Assembly: GCA_934122085.1 (NCBI GenBank)
Contig: CAKOVS010000002.1
Location: 112,868-176,867, forward strand
DNA: 64,000 bases
DNA from: an uncultured Clostridia bacterium
Lineage (GTDB): Bacteria; Bacillota; Clostridia; TANB77; CAG-508
Direction: 5' to 3'
The notes beneath the pieces were generated by a model that was given only the letters and a program-made list of their open reading frames with translations, had not been told where the DNA came from and did not search any database. The position numbers were made by a program, and so were the translations under genes. Of this stretch, positions 1-9,959 are shown one piece after another (within the stretch, counting starts at the first letter, position 1; the number at the start of each line of letters is the position of its first letter).

Positions 1-281
1 CCTTTTACTAATTCCATTACAATATAATGTAAATTTCCATCAACACCTACATCATATACAGAAACAATATTTGGATGTGTTATACTTGCTGCAGATTGTG
101 CTTCAACTTCAAATCTTTTAACAAATTCTTCATCTGTTGTAAATTCATCTCTTAATATTTTTATTGCTACATATCTATTTAATACATGACATTTTGCCTT
201 GTATACTGTTGCCATTCCTCCACTGCCTATTTTTTCTAATATTTCATATCTGTTTGCTAACAATCTTCCTTTTAAATCCAT
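1..281 (-). CDS. prkC: Ser/Thr protein kinase PrkC, N-terminal part (runs off window)
   Basis: Not in the ORF track. The reverse complement from ATG at 279-281 reads [44 protein letters not shown]...[11 protein letters not shown], giving Hanks kinase subdomains I-II (GxGxxG, VAIK). It lies downstream of rlmN-stp, as in Firmicute operons. Confidence 0.85.
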   Translation of the reverse strand, partial: MDLKGRLLANRYEILEKIGSGGMATVYKAKCHVLNRYVAIKILRDEFTTDEEFVKRFEVEAQSAASITHPNIVSVYDVGVDGNLHYIVMELVK

Positions 282-304
282 GATTTTTCAATCCTTCCTA
301 GGTT

Positions 305-417
305 TTTAGCTAACCCATTGATTTTTCTTTTGAAACTCGAAAATTCAAATCGGGTGAAGAAAATGTGGCAAAACCACACTTTCTTATATAAATCGTATAA
401 GAACAAATCAAAAAAAT
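305..417 (-). repeat. Degenerate copy (inverted orientation) of the intergenic repeat family
   Basis: The reverse complement contains TTTTTGATTTGTTCT...CCGATTTGAATTTTCGAG...AAATCAATGGGTTAGC, matching copies at 24833, 27899, 30072 and 39774. It also carries an extra internal hairpin GAAAGTGTGG-TTTTG-CCACATTTTC. Confidence 0.5.
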
Positions 418-442
418 TCTTCTTGTCTGCTCTAAATTTTTT

Positions 443-1177
443 TTATATGTTTTTTATAATTACAACTGTTATATTATCCATTCCGCCATTTTCGTTTGCT
501 AAGTCTACTAGCCTTTGTGGTGCTTTTTCAATATTTCCTGTTGCTATTTGAAAGATATCTTCTTGTTTTACCATATTTGTAAGCCCATCTGATGAGATTA
601 ATAAGATATCTTCTTTTAGAAATCCTTTAACTGCTACATCTGGCTCAACAAATGCATTACATCCCAATGCTTTTAATAGCATATTTTTCTTTGGATGTAC
701 TTCAGCTTCTTCTTTTGTTATTGTTCCATCTTTTACTAATTTTTGAACATAACTATGATCTGTTGTTAATTTTCTTATAAATGTCTTTCTTATTCTATAT
801 ATTCTGCTATCGCCTATGTGCCCAATATATGCCTTATTATTATATATTAAGCAAACTTCTAAAGTAGTACCCATTCCTTCATATTCTTTGTTTTCTCTTG
901 ATTTTTCATATACCACCATATTGGCATATTCCATACTACTTGCTATTAGTTGTATAAGACTTTCTCTGTCTTTTGGTGTTTCTTTGAAATTGTTTTCAAT
1001 ATAATTTTTTGTGCATTTTATTGCTAAATTACTTGCAATTTCTCCGCCTTTATATCCACCCATTCCATCTGCTAATAGGTATAGTTTTACTTCACTTGAT
1101 GAATCAGATATATAATATGCATCTTGGTTCATTTCTCTGACTTTTCCAACGTCTGATTTTGCATAAGCAATTATCAT
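443..1177 (-). CDS. stp: PP2C-family Ser/Thr phosphatase (Stp/PrpC)
   Basis: Shows DVGKVREMNQDAYY, LADGMGG, GDSRIY and SDGLTN, the PP2C metal-binding motifs. Adjacent to prkC. Confidence 0.9.
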   Translation of the reverse strand: MIIAYAKSDVGKVREMNQDAYYISDSSSEVKLYLLADGMGGYKGGEIASNLAIKCTKNYIENNFKETPKDRESLIQLIASSMEYANMVVYEKSRENKEYEGMGTTLEVCLIYNNKAYIGHIGDSRIYRIRKTFIRKLTTDHSYVQKLVKDGTITKEEAEVHPKKNMLLKALGCNAFVEPDVAVKGFLKEDILLISSDGLTNMVKQEDIFQIATGNIEKAPQRLVDLANENGGMDNITVVIIKNI

Positions 1178-1259
1178 ATTTCACCTCATATCTTTCTATA
1201 TGTTTTTAGTTATATCATATATAAAACTTTTTTTCAATTATTTTCACGAATTTTCCATA

Positions 1260-2285
1260 TTATGATTGTAGGTTTTGTCTTCTTAATTGTCCACAAGCTG
1301 CGTCTATATCTGAACCTAGTTCTCTTCTTATTGTTGCTACTATTCCATGGTCATTTAAATAATCTCTAAATCTAATTATATTTTCATTTGAACTCTTAGT
1401 ATATGCTCCATTTTCTATTTTATTAATAGGTATCAAATTCACATGACATATCATTCCTCTTAATAAATGTACTAATTCTTTTGCATCTTCTAAATTATCA
1501 TTGTTGTCTTTTGCTAATGCATATTCAAATGAAATTCTTCTATTTGTTTTTGCAATATAATCTTTACAAGCTTGTAGTAATTCTTCTATTGGAAATGCAT
1601 TATTTACAGGCATCATACTACTTCTTTTTTCATTTGTTGTAGCATGTAATGATATTGATAATGTACATTGAATATTTTCATCTGCTAGTCTATAAATTGC
1701 CGGTACTAATCCACTTGTTGAAACACTTATATGTCTTGCACCTATATTTATTCCTTTTGGATTATTTATTATTCTAATAGCATTTACAACATTATTATAA
1801 TTATTTAATGGTTCTCCTATTCCCATAAATACTACATTTGATATTCTTATATTATTGTCTTGTTCTACAGCTAATATTTGTTCTACAATTTCTCCTGATG
1901 TTAAATTTCTTACAAATGGAATTCCTGTTGATGCACAGAATTTGCATCCCATTTTACATCCAACTTGTGATGATACACATATACTATATCCATGATGATA
2001 GCTCATTAGAACTGTTTCTATTGCATTTCCATCTAATAAGTCAAATAAATATTTTTTTGTTCCATCACTTGATTCTAATTTTCTTAAAATCTTGAAATTG
2101 CACATTGTATAGTTTTCTTTTAATTTTTCTCTTAACTGTAAAGATAAATTTGTCATTTCATCAAATTCTTTAACTTTTTCTTCATATAACCACTTAAATA
2201 CTTGTTCTGCTCTAAATGGCTTTTCTCCCATTTGAACAAATTCTTCTTTTAGACTATCTAAATTATAATCTTTTATATTTTTCAT
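1260..2285 (-). CDS. rlmN: 23S rRNA/tRNA adenine-C2 methyltransferase RlmN (radical SAM)
   Basis: CKMGCKFCAS is a CxxxCxxC radical-SAM cluster. The C-terminal DIDAACGQL matches the RlmN/Cfr family. Synteny with stp-prkC supports the call. Confidence 0.9.
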   Translation of the reverse strand: MKNIKDYNLDSLKEEFVQMGEKPFRAEQVFKWLYEEKVKEFDEMTNLSLQLREKLKENYTMCNFKILRKLESSDGTKKYLFDLLDGNAIETVLMSYHHGYSICVSSQVGCKMGCKFCASTGIPFVRNLTSGEIVEQILAVEQDNNIRISNVVFMGIGEPLNNYNNVVNAIRIINNPKGINIGARHISVSTSGLVPAIYRLADENIQCTLSISLHATTNEKRSSMMPVNNAFPIEELLQACKDYIAKTNRRISFEYALAKDNNDNLEDAKELVHLLRGMICHVNLIPINKIENGAYTKSSNENIIRFRDYLNDHGIVATIRRELGSDIDAACGQLRRQNLQS

Positions 2286-2287
2286 TA

Positions 2288-3553
2288 TTATTTTTTTCTC
2301 CTAATAATCCAATTTTTTTCACATTTTATTGGAAGAAGTATTTTTACTTGTTGACCTTTTACCCCTGGATTTATAAATTCAATTTCTTTGTCTGTTTCTA
2401 TATCCCACATTTTCTCTATTTTGAATACAACTGGTTCTATATGATGTGGTACTAAAATTTCCATTGTATCTCCAACTTGTAATCTATTTCTTACTTCCAT
2501 AATTGATTTTTCTTCATTGTATTCCACAACTTTTCCACCAAATTGGTATAACTCATTATATTGATGTCCATCATATTCTTGTATATCTTGATTTTTTCTG
2601 TCATTGAAATAAAATGTTGTTAATTCTCTTGTTTTTATTTTTTCAATTTCTTTTAAATATTTATCAACATCATAATGTGATGGATCTTTTTTATAATCAT
2701 CTATTGCATTTCTATAAACATTTACTATACTTGCAACATAATATTCTGTTTTTAAACGTCCTTCTATTTTTACACTATCAACTCCCATGTCTATTATTTC
2801 TGGAAGTTCTCTTATTAAACATAAATCTTTTGATGAAAATATACTTGTTCCATGTTCGTCCATTTCTATTGGCATATATTGTCCTGGATTGTTTCTTTCT
2901 TCTGCATATAAATTATATGACCATCTACAGCTTTGTGCACAATCTCCTAAATTAGCACTTCTACAAGCTAAGAAATCACTCAAGAAACATCTTCCAGAAT
3001 ATGCAAAACATATTGCACCATGTACAAATATTTCAATTTCCATTCCTTCTGGTTTATTTGCCATTATATATTTTAATTGTTCTTTATTTAATTCTCTTGC
3101 CATTATCATTCTTTTAGCACCATTTTTATACCAGAAATTACATGAGTGTAAGCTTACTAGATTAGCTTGTGTACTTACATTTATTGGAACACTTGGTGCA
3201 TATTGTTTTAATGTTTCTATTACTCCTCCATCTGCTGCAATTATTCCATCCGGCTTTATTTCTTCTAATTTTTTTGCCATTTCTATTATTTCTGGATATG
3301 TTTCGTCCCAAGCATATATATTTAATGCTACATATACTTTTTTTCCAATACTATGTGCATATTTTATTGTTTGTATTAAATCATCATCTTGTATTTCTGC
3401 TCTTGATCTTAATGATAATGATGCTGTTCCACAATATACTGCATCTGCTCCGTATAAAAATGCTATTTTTGCTTTTTCAAATGATCCTGCTGGTGCTAAT
3501 AATTCTATTTCTTTCACTTTATTCTTTTCCTTTCTTCTTTCACGATAGCACAT
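2288..3553 (-). CDS. Peptidase U32 family protein
   Basis: ELLAPAGSFEKAKIAFLYGADAVYCG and the internal ARELN/E...FVHGA pattern are typical of U32 (collagenase-like) proteins. The true start may be the GTG at about 3517 (VKEIELLAPAG), preceded by AAAGGAAAAG. Confidence 0.8.
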   Translation of the reverse strand: MCYRERRKEKNKVKEIELLAPAGSFEKAKIAFLYGADAVYCGTASLSLRSRAEIQDDDLIQTIKYAHSIGKKVYVALNIYAWDETYPEIIEMAKKLEEIKPDGIIAADGGVIETLKQYAPSVPINVSTQANLVSLHSCNFWYKNGAKRMIMARELNKEQLKYIMANKPEGMEIEIFVHGAICFAYSGRCFLSDFLACRSANLGDCAQSCRWSYNLYAEERNNPGQYMPIEMDEHGTSIFSSKDLCLIRELPEIIDMGVDSVKIEGRLKTEYYVASIVNVYRNAIDDYKKDPSHYDVDKYLKEIEKIKTRELTTFYFNDRKNQDIQEYDGHQYNELYQFGGKVVEYNEEKSIMEVRNRLQVGDTMEILVPHHIEPVVFKIEKMWDIETDKEIEFINPGVKGQQVKILLPIKCEKNWIIRRKK

Positions 3554-3667
3554 TTTGTGCCTAATAATACAGGTTAAATTATACTCTATTTATGGATTAT
3601 TGTCAACTAAAAAGGCCTTAAACACGCAAAAAGCCTTAAACACATAAAGTGTTTAAAGCCTATAATT

Positions 3668-3967
3668 TTACATTATGAATTTTAAATATATAAATAATAT
3701 TACCTCTAATATTAATATTGCTGGCATTCCAATTGTAAACTTTAGTTTTTTGGTTTTATGTCTAAATGTATACATTCCAGAAATTGTTCCAATTCCTCCA
3801 CCTAATAATGTAATTAAAAATAATGTGTTTTCTGGAATTCTCCATCTTCCTTTTTTTGCTTTTCTTTTATCTGACCACATAACATAAAAACCTATTAAAT
3901 TTATTATTATTAAATATATTACAAAATTTTTAGTTGTAAATAGATTAAATTCAGCTAAATTTTCCAT
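3668..3967 (-). CDS. DUF1294 small membrane protein
   Basis: Shows DKRKAKKGRWRIPENTLFLITLLGGGIGTISGMYTFRHKTKK, the DUF1294 signature. Confidence 0.75.
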   Translation of the reverse strand: MENLAEFNLFTTKNFVIYLIIINLIGFYVMWSDKRKAKKGRWRIPENTLFLITLLGGGIGTISGMYTFRHKTKKLKFTIGMPAILILEVILFIYLKFIM

Positions 3968-3983
3968 ATTTTATCCTTTTCTA

Positions 3984-5075
3984 TTAAACATTGAACTTAA
4001 ATACTACTATATCTCCATCTTGCATTACATATTCTTTTCCTTCTTGTCTAACAAGTCCTTTTTCTTTTGCAGCAAGCATTGAGCCTTCTTTCATTAAATC
4101 ATTATATGATACAACTTCTGCTTTAATAAATCCTCTTTCAAAGTCTGAGTGAATTTTTCCAGCAGCTTGTGGTGCTTTTGTTCCTTTTGTTATTGTCCAT
4201 GCTCTTACTTCAGTTTCACCAGCTGTAAGAAATGACATTAATCCAAGTAAATCATAACTTTTCTTTATTAATTTATCTAGTCCTGATTCTTCTAACCCAA
4301 GAGCTTCTAGCATTTCTTTTTTATCTGAATCATCTAGTCCTGATAATTCTTCTTCTATTTTTACACATAATGGAATTACTTCTGCATGTTCTTTTGCAGC
4401 ATATTCTTTTACTTGTTTTACCATTTCTTCATCATCTGCTGTTTGAATTTGCTCTTCTGATATATTAGCAATATAAATTATTGGTTTTGATGTTAATAAA
4501 AACATATCTTTTACTAATTCTTGTTCATCTTCATTACATTCTACAGCTCTCGCTGGAATTCCGTTATTTAAGTTTTCTTTTAATTTTTCAATTAAGTCTA
4601 TTTCTGCTTGATATTTTTTATCTGCTTTTAAATTTTTCTTTGCCTTGTCTAATCTTTTATCAAGTGTTTCTAAATCTGCGAATATTAATTCTAAGTTAAT
4701 TGTTTCTATGTCTCTTAATGGATTTACACTTCCATCTACATGTATTACATTTGGATCTTCAAAACATCTTACAACTTGGCAAATTGCGTCTACTTCTCTT
4801 ATGTGTGATAAAAATTTGTTTCCTAATCCTTCACCTTTACTTGCTCCTTTTACTAATCCTGCTATATCAACAAATTCTACTATTGCTTTTGTTATTTTGG
4901 CTGGATTATACATTTTAGCAAGATTGTCTATTCTCTCATCAGGTACTGCAACAACTCCTACATTTGGTTCTATTGTACAAAATGGATAGTTTGCACATTC
5001 TGCTCCTGCTTTTGTTATACTATTAAACATTGTACTTTTTCCTACATTTGGTAAGCCTACTATTCCTATTTTCAT
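3984..5075 (-). CDS. ychF: Ribosome-binding ATPase YchF
   Basis: MKIGIVGLPNVGKSTMFN is the P-loop, and the TGS-like C-terminus reads ...FIKAEVVSYNDL...; length 363 aa. Confidence 0.95.
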   Translation of the reverse strand: MKIGIVGLPNVGKSTMFNSITKAGAECANYPFCTIEPNVGVVAVPDERIDNLAKMYNPAKITKAIVEFVDIAGLVKGASKGEGLGNKFLSHIREVDAICQVVRCFEDPNVIHVDGSVNPLRDIETINLELIFADLETLDKRLDKAKKNLKADKKYQAEIDLIEKLKENLNNGIPARAVECNEDEQELVKDMFLLTSKPIIYIANISEEQIQTADDEEMVKQVKEYAAKEHAEVIPLCVKIEEELSGLDDSDKKEMLEALGLEESGLDKLIKKSYDLLGLMSFLTAGETEVRAWTITKGTKAPQAAGKIHSDFERGFIKAEVVSYNDLMKEGSMLAAKEKGLVRQEGKEYVMQDGDIVVFKFNV

Positions 5076-5172
5076 TTTATCACATTTCCTTTTCTTTTTA
5101 TTTTACACATATTTTATTATAATACCAATTCTTACTTTTGTAAATATATTGTTTTATTTTGTCAAATTTATA

Positions 5173-5202
5173 TTGACTTTTTATATTTCAATTTGATATA
5201 CT
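5173..5202 (+). promoter_or_regulatory. Sigma-A-type promoter (TTGACT-18-TGaTATACT)
   Basis: TTGACT at 5173-5178 and an extended -10 TGATATACT ending at 5202. It lies about 135 nt upstream of the small ORF at 5338. Confidence 0.5.
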
Positions 5203-5337
5203 ATGTTCAATCGTTAAAACTCCTTTGGTTGGGTGCATAAATTAGTAATTGACTATTTTGCATTTCAACTACTAGTTTATGCGCCTAACATTTCTCTCAA
5301 ATGTTAAGTGTAAATCTAAGTAAAGGAGGTATATGAA

Positions 5338-5535
5338 TTGAACACAAAAGATATTAATAGCAATGATATTGCTGTGAAATACTTAGGTAGATCTTTGATT
5401 GTTTTGATTGTTGGTATTGTTTTTTGTTTTCTAGCAAGTCTAGGGTACAATACATACTTTCGACTTTCACAAAAAGAAATTGAAGTTCATGCCGAGAACT
5501 CCAATTCACAAAATACAGCGATTATTGAGAAATGA
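5338..5535 (+). CDS. Small single-pass membrane protein (hypothetical), TTG start
   Basis: RBS AAAGGAGG lies 8 nt upstream of TTG. One TM segment (LIVLIVGIVFCFLASLGY). The ORF has its own promoter and a strong terminator. Confidence 0.55.
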   Translation: MNTKDINSNDIAVKYLGRSLIVLIVGIVFCFLASLGYNTYFRLSQKEIEVHAENSNSQNTAIIEK

Positions 5536-5558
5536 GTTTAACTCATTTCTCTTTTTTT
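5527..5558 (+). terminator. Rho-independent terminator
   Basis: GAGAAATGAGT-TTA-ACTCATTTCTC followed by T7, overlapping the stop codon of the 5338 ORF. Confidence 0.8.
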
Positions 5559-5789
5559 ATATTTTATACTTATTATCTTCTTTTGTCAACTCAAATCATA
5601 TTACATTTGTATTACAAAAACATTACAATATGAATATTCTTTATGTATATAATTATACTATATTTTTATACAAAAATCAATATATTTTACTTTCTTGTGT
5701 CCATACACCAATTTGTCACAAAAAACATTCAATTTTTAAAGAAAAGAAGAAATTACTTTATTTTTTTATAACCTCTTCTATTTCCTTCA

Positions 5790-5981
5790 TTAATTATTTA
5801 CTTCTTCTGGTGCTTCAACAGGGCAAACACCTGCACATGTTCCACATCCTATACATGCAGATTCATCTATAACAAAACCAGTTTCTCCTTGTGATATACA
5901 TCCAACAGGACAATTTGCAGCACATGCACCACAGCTTATACATTTATCACATTGTATTCTATATGCCATTACATTCACCAC
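5790..5981 (-). CDS. 2x[4Fe-4S] ferredoxin
   Basis: Two CxxCxxCxxxCP motifs (CISCGACAANCP, CIGCGTCAGVCP) in 63 aa. Confidence 0.85.
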   Translation of the reverse strand: MVNVMAYRIQCDKCISCGACAANCPVGCISQGETGFVIDESACIGCGTCAGVCPVEAPEEVNN

Positions 5982-5987
5982 CTTTCA

Positions 5988-6851
5988 TTAATTTTCTTCT
6001 TCTATTTTATCTTCATCAAAATTATCTTCTTCTATTTTTACATCTTTTATAATTTTTATGTCTTTTACTTCATATCTTTTTTGTTTAAAAATATCTCCAT
6101 CTTTTATTCTAACTCTAACTACTTCTTTTAATGTTTCAACATTATCAACTTCTCCAACACCATCTGGAGTCTTTACTATTGCTCCTACATGTGGTAATCT
6201 TTTTTCTTTTTCTTCATATACTTCTTGTTCATATTTTAAACAACACATTAATCTACCACAATTTCCTGAAATTTTTGTTGGGTTTAATGAAAGATTTTGT
6301 TCTTTTGCCATTTTTATTGATACTGTTTCAAAGTCTCCTAAAAATGAACAACAACATAATTCACGTCCACAAACTCCATTTCCACCAATCCTTTTTACTT
6401 CATCTCTTACACCTATTTGTCTTAGTTCTATTCTTGTCTTATATGTTGCAGCTAAGTCTTTAACAAGTTCTCTAAAATCTACTCTTCCATCTGATGTAAA
6501 TGAAAATAATATTTTGCTATTATCAAATTTATATTCTACATCTGTTAAAGTCATGTCTAATTTATATTCTTTAATTTTTTTATTACAATATTCAAATGCT
6601 TCTTTTTCTTTCTTTTTTAAGTCTTCTGCATGTTTTAAATCTTTGCTTGATGCAAGTCTTAAAACTTTTTTTAATGGTGAATTTAATTTTTCTTCATCTA
6701 TCATTCTTCCTGGAATTATTACTTCTGCAATATCTTCACCTTGTGTTGTTTCAACAATAATATATTCACCCTTTTGGACTTCTAGCCATTTAGGATCAAA
6801 AAAATATATTTTTCCTAGTCTCTTAAATCTAACTCCTACTATTTTTTTCAT
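5988..6851 (-). CDS. ricT: PSP1-domain protein RicT/YaaT (stage 0 sporulation/regulatory iron-sulfur complex)
   Basis: Shows VRFKRLGKIYFFDP and the Cys cluster GVCGRELCCCSFL...GNCGRLMCCLKYE typical of YaaT. Lies directly downstream of holB, as in Bacillus. Confidence 0.85.
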   Translation of the reverse strand: MKKIVGVRFKRLGKIYFFDPKWLEVQKGEYIIVETTQGEDIAEVIIPGRMIDEEKLNSPLKKVLRLASSKDLKHAEDLKKKEKEAFEYCNKKIKEYKLDMTLTDVEYKFDNSKILFSFTSDGRVDFRELVKDLAATYKTRIELRQIGVRDEVKRIGGNGVCGRELCCCSFLGDFETVSIKMAKEQNLSLNPTKISGNCGRLMCCLKYEQEVYEEKEKRLPHVGAIVKTPDGVGEVDNVETLKEVVRVRIKDGDIFKQKRYEVKDIKIIKDVKIEEDNFDEDKIEEEN

Positions 6852-6865
6852 TCATTACGTCCTTT

Positions 6866-7774
6866 CTATTTTCGAAATAAATAATTTATATTAAATAATA
6901 AATTATCTATGCACATATCATAATTACTATTTGCTTTTAGTCTTTTTTTAGTTTCTTCTACAAAATCTATAGCATTTATATATCTTAAATCTTCTTTGCT
7001 TAATTTTAACAATAAAACATTCATATATTCTAAAACAGAGTATATTTCTTCTTTTGCTTTATATATTTCTTCTGACATTTTTACAATATCTATTATGTCT
7101 TTATTTTTAAAACTTTTTAATATATTTTCAATGTTTTCATATAAAGCTTTATTTTCATTTAGTTTTAATGCTTTTCCTATACTACCTTGTGAAAGATTTA
7201 TTATACTATCATCAATCTCTATTTCTGGATAATTTTGTTTTATATAACCTTTCACTTCAGAAATTTCTAAATTTTCAAAATGTATTCTTGTACATCTTGA
7301 TTTTATGGTGCTTAACATATTATCTTCGTTTGAACATATTAATATAATCGTTACATATTCTGGTGGTTCTTCCAATGTTTTTAATAAGCAATTTTGTGCT
7401 TCTGATGTCATAGTATCACTATCATCTATTATATATACTTTATTGTCTGATACTATTGGTTTTTCTGCTACTTTTCTTTGCATTTCTCTTATTTGATCTA
7501 TTTTTACTTTTCCATCTTGTGGTTCTATCATCATAAAATCTGGATTATTATTAGAGTCAAATTCTATACATGCTTTACATCTACAATTTTCTTCATTTGG
7601 TGTTAAACATAGTAATTTTTTGGCAAATTCTAAAGCTATTTTTTTCTTTCCAATTCCTTCTGTTCCCCAAAACAAATAACTATGTGATGTTTTGTTTAAT
7701 TCTAAGGCTTTTTTTAATATTGCTTTGTTTTTTTCGTTTCCAATTATTTTTTCAAACAATTTATACTCCTCCAA
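6866..7774 (-). CDS. holB: DNA polymerase III subunit delta prime
   Basis: AAA+ clamp-loader motifs: HSYLFWGTEGIGKKKIA, a zinc module (CRCKAC) and SRC (IKSRCTRIHF). Confidence 0.85.
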   Translation of the reverse strand: MEEYKLFEKIIGNEKNKAILKKALELNKTSHSYLFWGTEGIGKKKIALEFAKKLLCLTPNEENCRCKACIEFDSNNNPDFMMIEPQDGKVKIDQIREMQRKVAEKPIVSDNKVYIIDDSDTMTSEAQNCLLKTLEEPPEYVTIILICSNEDNMLSTIKSRCTRIHFENLEISEVKGYIKQNYPEIEIDDSIINLSQGSIGKALKLNENKALYENIENILKSFKNKDIIDIVKMSEEIYKAKEEIYSVLEYMNVLLLKLSKEDLRYINAIDFVEETKKRLKANSNYDMCIDNLLFNINYLFRK

Positions 7775-8423
7775 ATTTGTTTAATGGCCAAAATCTAAAT
7801 AATACTTTTCCTTCTATTTTTTCTAATGGTATACATCCAAAAGATCTGCAATCTCTACTTCCTGTTCTATTGTCACCTAAGCAGAATACATAGTTTTCAG
7901 GTACTGTAAATCCTGTAAAATTTCCTTCATGTGCGACGTCTTGATGCATATCTGTAACTACTCCTGATTGTAAATAATCTTCTTGTAGTTTTTCTCCATT
8001 AATATATACTGCTCCATCTTTTATTTCCACATAATCTCCTGGTAACCCTATTACCCTTTTTATATAACTTGTTTTAGATGTTTCTAACACATAATATGTA
8101 AATTTATTCCACAAACCTTGTGGTTCATTATCATACACTGCAACTGGGTTTGTTAAGTCAATTTCATCTTTTGATATCCATGATTTACTTGGTGCCTCAA
8201 ATGTTATTATATCTCCTCTATTTGGAAGTTTTTTCGTTGTTCTTCCTATTCTGCTTAACCATAATCTTTCGCCCTCGTGAAGTGTTGGAAACATTGATGA
8301 CATTCTTACTTCTGTTGGTGTTCCTATATAATATCTTACTATTAATGCTAATACTACTGCTATTACAAAACATAATATCCATTCTACTATTTCTTTTATT
8401 ATTGCTTTATTCATTTTTATCAC
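7761..8423 (-). CDS. lepB: Signal peptidase I
   Basis: N-terminal TM, the SMFPTL serine box, IKRVIGLPGD and the GDNRTGSRDCR box. Confidence 0.9.
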   Translation of the reverse strand: MIKMNKAIIKEIVEWILCFVIAVVLALIVRYYIGTPTEVRMSSMFPTLHEGERLWLSRIGRTTKKLPNRGDIITFEAPSKSWISKDEIDLTNPVAVYDNEPQGLWNKFTYYVLETSKTSYIKRVIGLPGDYVEIKDGAVYINGEKLQEDYLQSGVVTDMHQDVAHEGNFTGFTVPENYVFCLGDNRTGSRDCRSFGCIPLEKIEGKVLFRFWPLNKFGGV

Positions 8424-8494
8424 GTTCCTCTTCTTTGATTTCTTTAATTACTTTAATATTATATATTATTTAAGCTATTTTTTCAATATTAATA

Positions 8495-8797
8495 TTATAT
8501 TTTTCTATATCTTCTACAATCTACTTTTCCACTTAAATATTTTGAAATTTTTTCTCCTTTTATTATATCTTCTTTTTGTTTTTTAGTAAGTGTCTTTAAT
8601 TGATATTCTAATTTACATGCTAATGATTTTTCTTTACTTTTCCATGCTATTTCTAATTTTTCAGCATTATGTGATTTTGTATATTTTGCACCTTTTTTAT
8701 CTTTAGTTATATGTTCTTCTATTCTTCTTTCTAAATTATTTGTCATTCCTGTATAAATTGAATTATCTGAACATCTTATCATATATGTATAATACAT
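8495..8797 (-). CDS. GIY-YIG nuclease-family protein
   Basis: MYYTYMIRCSDNSIYTGMTNNLERRIEEH is the GIY-YIG/URI core; 100 aa. Confidence 0.85.
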   Translation of the reverse strand: MYYTYMIRCSDNSIYTGMTNNLERRIEEHITKDKKGAKYTKSHNAEKLEIAWKSKEKSLACKLEYQLKTLTKKQKEDIIKGEKISKYLSGKVDCRRYRKI

Positions 8798-8817
8798 TTA
8801 TTTCATCTCCATTTTAT

Positions 8818-8860
8818 AATAAAAACACCTTAAAATACAGTACTGTAAATTAAGGTGTTT
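8818..8860 (-). terminator. Intrinsic terminator downstream of tRNA-Arg
   Basis: AAACACCTTAA...TTAAGGTGTTT stem, followed by a T-run on the minus strand. Confidence 0.7.
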
Positions 8861-8890
8861 TATTATACCAATAACTTGTATAAAATGTTA

Positions 8891-8967
8891 TGGTGAGCCA
8901 GAAGGGATTCGAACCCCCGACCCTTTGCTTAGAAGGCAAATGCTCTATCCAACTGAGCTACTGACTC
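8891..8967 (-). tRNA. tRNA-Arg (anticodon UCU)
   Basis: The reverse complement is GAGTCAGTAGCTCAGTTGGATAGAGCA-TTTGC-CTTCTAA-GCAAA-...TTCGAAT...CTGGCTCACCA. It forms a cloverleaf with an encoded CCA and anticodon loop C-U-UCU-A-A. Confidence 0.85.
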
Positions 8968-9047
8968 ATGTGTCTTAACACTTAAATATAATAGCACAAT
9001 TTAAGTATTAAGTCAACATTTTTTCGAAAATTTTTACACATTTTTTA

Positions 9048-9923
9048 TTAATCAATTTCAATTTTTTCATTAGTGTCATCAGTTGTTACTGATTTTGGTG
9101 CTTTCTCCAACAATTCTGGCTTTTTTAAATATTTATTTAATTGCTTAAATGATGATGCATAATAATGCCCATCACATATTCTCTCATCACCAACAAAAGC
9201 AATTGTTATACACTTTTCCTCTTTTATTTCATCATCTTCATAAATGTAACTTTTCTTCTTTTTTCCCATAGAGAAAAATAAACTTGTTGTTCCGAAATTA
9301 TATATATGATGATATATACTATCAATTCCAAGTGAACCTACATTTGTTAGAAATACACTTGTATGAAATGGACTTGCTTTTATTACTGCTTTAGGCATAA
9401 TTCCATGTTTATCTAAAAATTTTAGCATCTTTACTGCAAATAATATCAGAAAATTTGGAACTAAATTTAATATCTTTACAAGATTATCTGTTTTATTGGC
9501 TGTTTGCAAATCTTTATTTTTTTCAATTGTTGCATCAACTTTTTCTTTTATTTCTAATATTGTTTCTGTTCCTTTAAATGGTATTTTTACTACAGTTTCT
9601 TGCCCGTCATCTGTCAAGCTTTTCTTTATTGAAAGAGATACATATACTGTATCTCTTTGATATGTTGTTCCATTCATTACAAACCTATTTAATTTAGGTC
9701 TTTCATTTATTATTCTTACAATTCCTGCATATATGATATTCATATATGACATTCTTATTCCATCTTGTGCCTTCTTATCTATGTATTCATCCATATTACT
9801 TAATGGTATATCTTGTTTAAAATATACTTGTGCATCACTTCTGTCAATCATTACAGAAGGTAATATTCTAAAAATTGGTTCTAAATTTTTTACTTTTTTT
9901 CCATCGGCTCTATGTCCAAACAT
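9048..9923 (-). CDS. CAT-fold acyltransferase-like protein (2-oxoacid dehydrogenase E2 catalytic-domain-like, no lipoyl domain)
   Basis: The C-terminal GDERICDGHYYASSF resembles the DHRxxDG catalytic His motif of the E2/CAT superfamily. Overall length is about 290 aa. Assignment is from motif memory only. Confidence 0.4.
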   Translation of the reverse strand: MFGHRADGKKVKNLEPIFRILPSVMIDRSDAQVYFKQDIPLSNMDEYIDKKAQDGIRMSYMNIIYAGIVRIINERPKLNRFVMNGTTYQRDTVYVSLSIKKSLTDDGQETVVKIPFKGTETILEIKEKVDATIEKNKDLQTANKTDNLVKILNLVPNFLILFAVKMLKFLDKHGIMPKAVIKASPFHTSVFLTNVGSLGIDSIYHHIYNFGTTSLFFSMGKKKKSYIYEDDEIKEEKCITIAFVGDERICDGHYYASSFKQLNKYLKKPELLEKAPKSVTTDDTNEKIEID

Positions 9924-9959
9924 TCTTTGCTTCCTTTTCTTAAAAGTCTATGTTTTCGA

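Noticed and set aside
318-551. ORF 318-551 (+)
   Set aside because: It starts inside the intergenic repeat copy and runs antisense into the PP2C phosphatase gene. Its composition is not protein-like.
2787-3548. Long plus-strand ORFs antisense to minus-strand genes (for example 2787-3548, 6058-6894, 11198-11815, 28150-28554, 58002-58871)
   Set aside because: These are shadow ORFs typical of AT-rich genomes. Their translations are low-complexity and rich in Leu, Phe, Ile and Ser. They have no RBS, and they fully overlap genes with clear family motifs on the other strand.
5480-5872. ORF 5480-5872 (+)
   Set aside because: It reads through a strong terminator (5527-5558) and into the antisense strand of the ferredoxin gene. 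Its composition is low-complexity.
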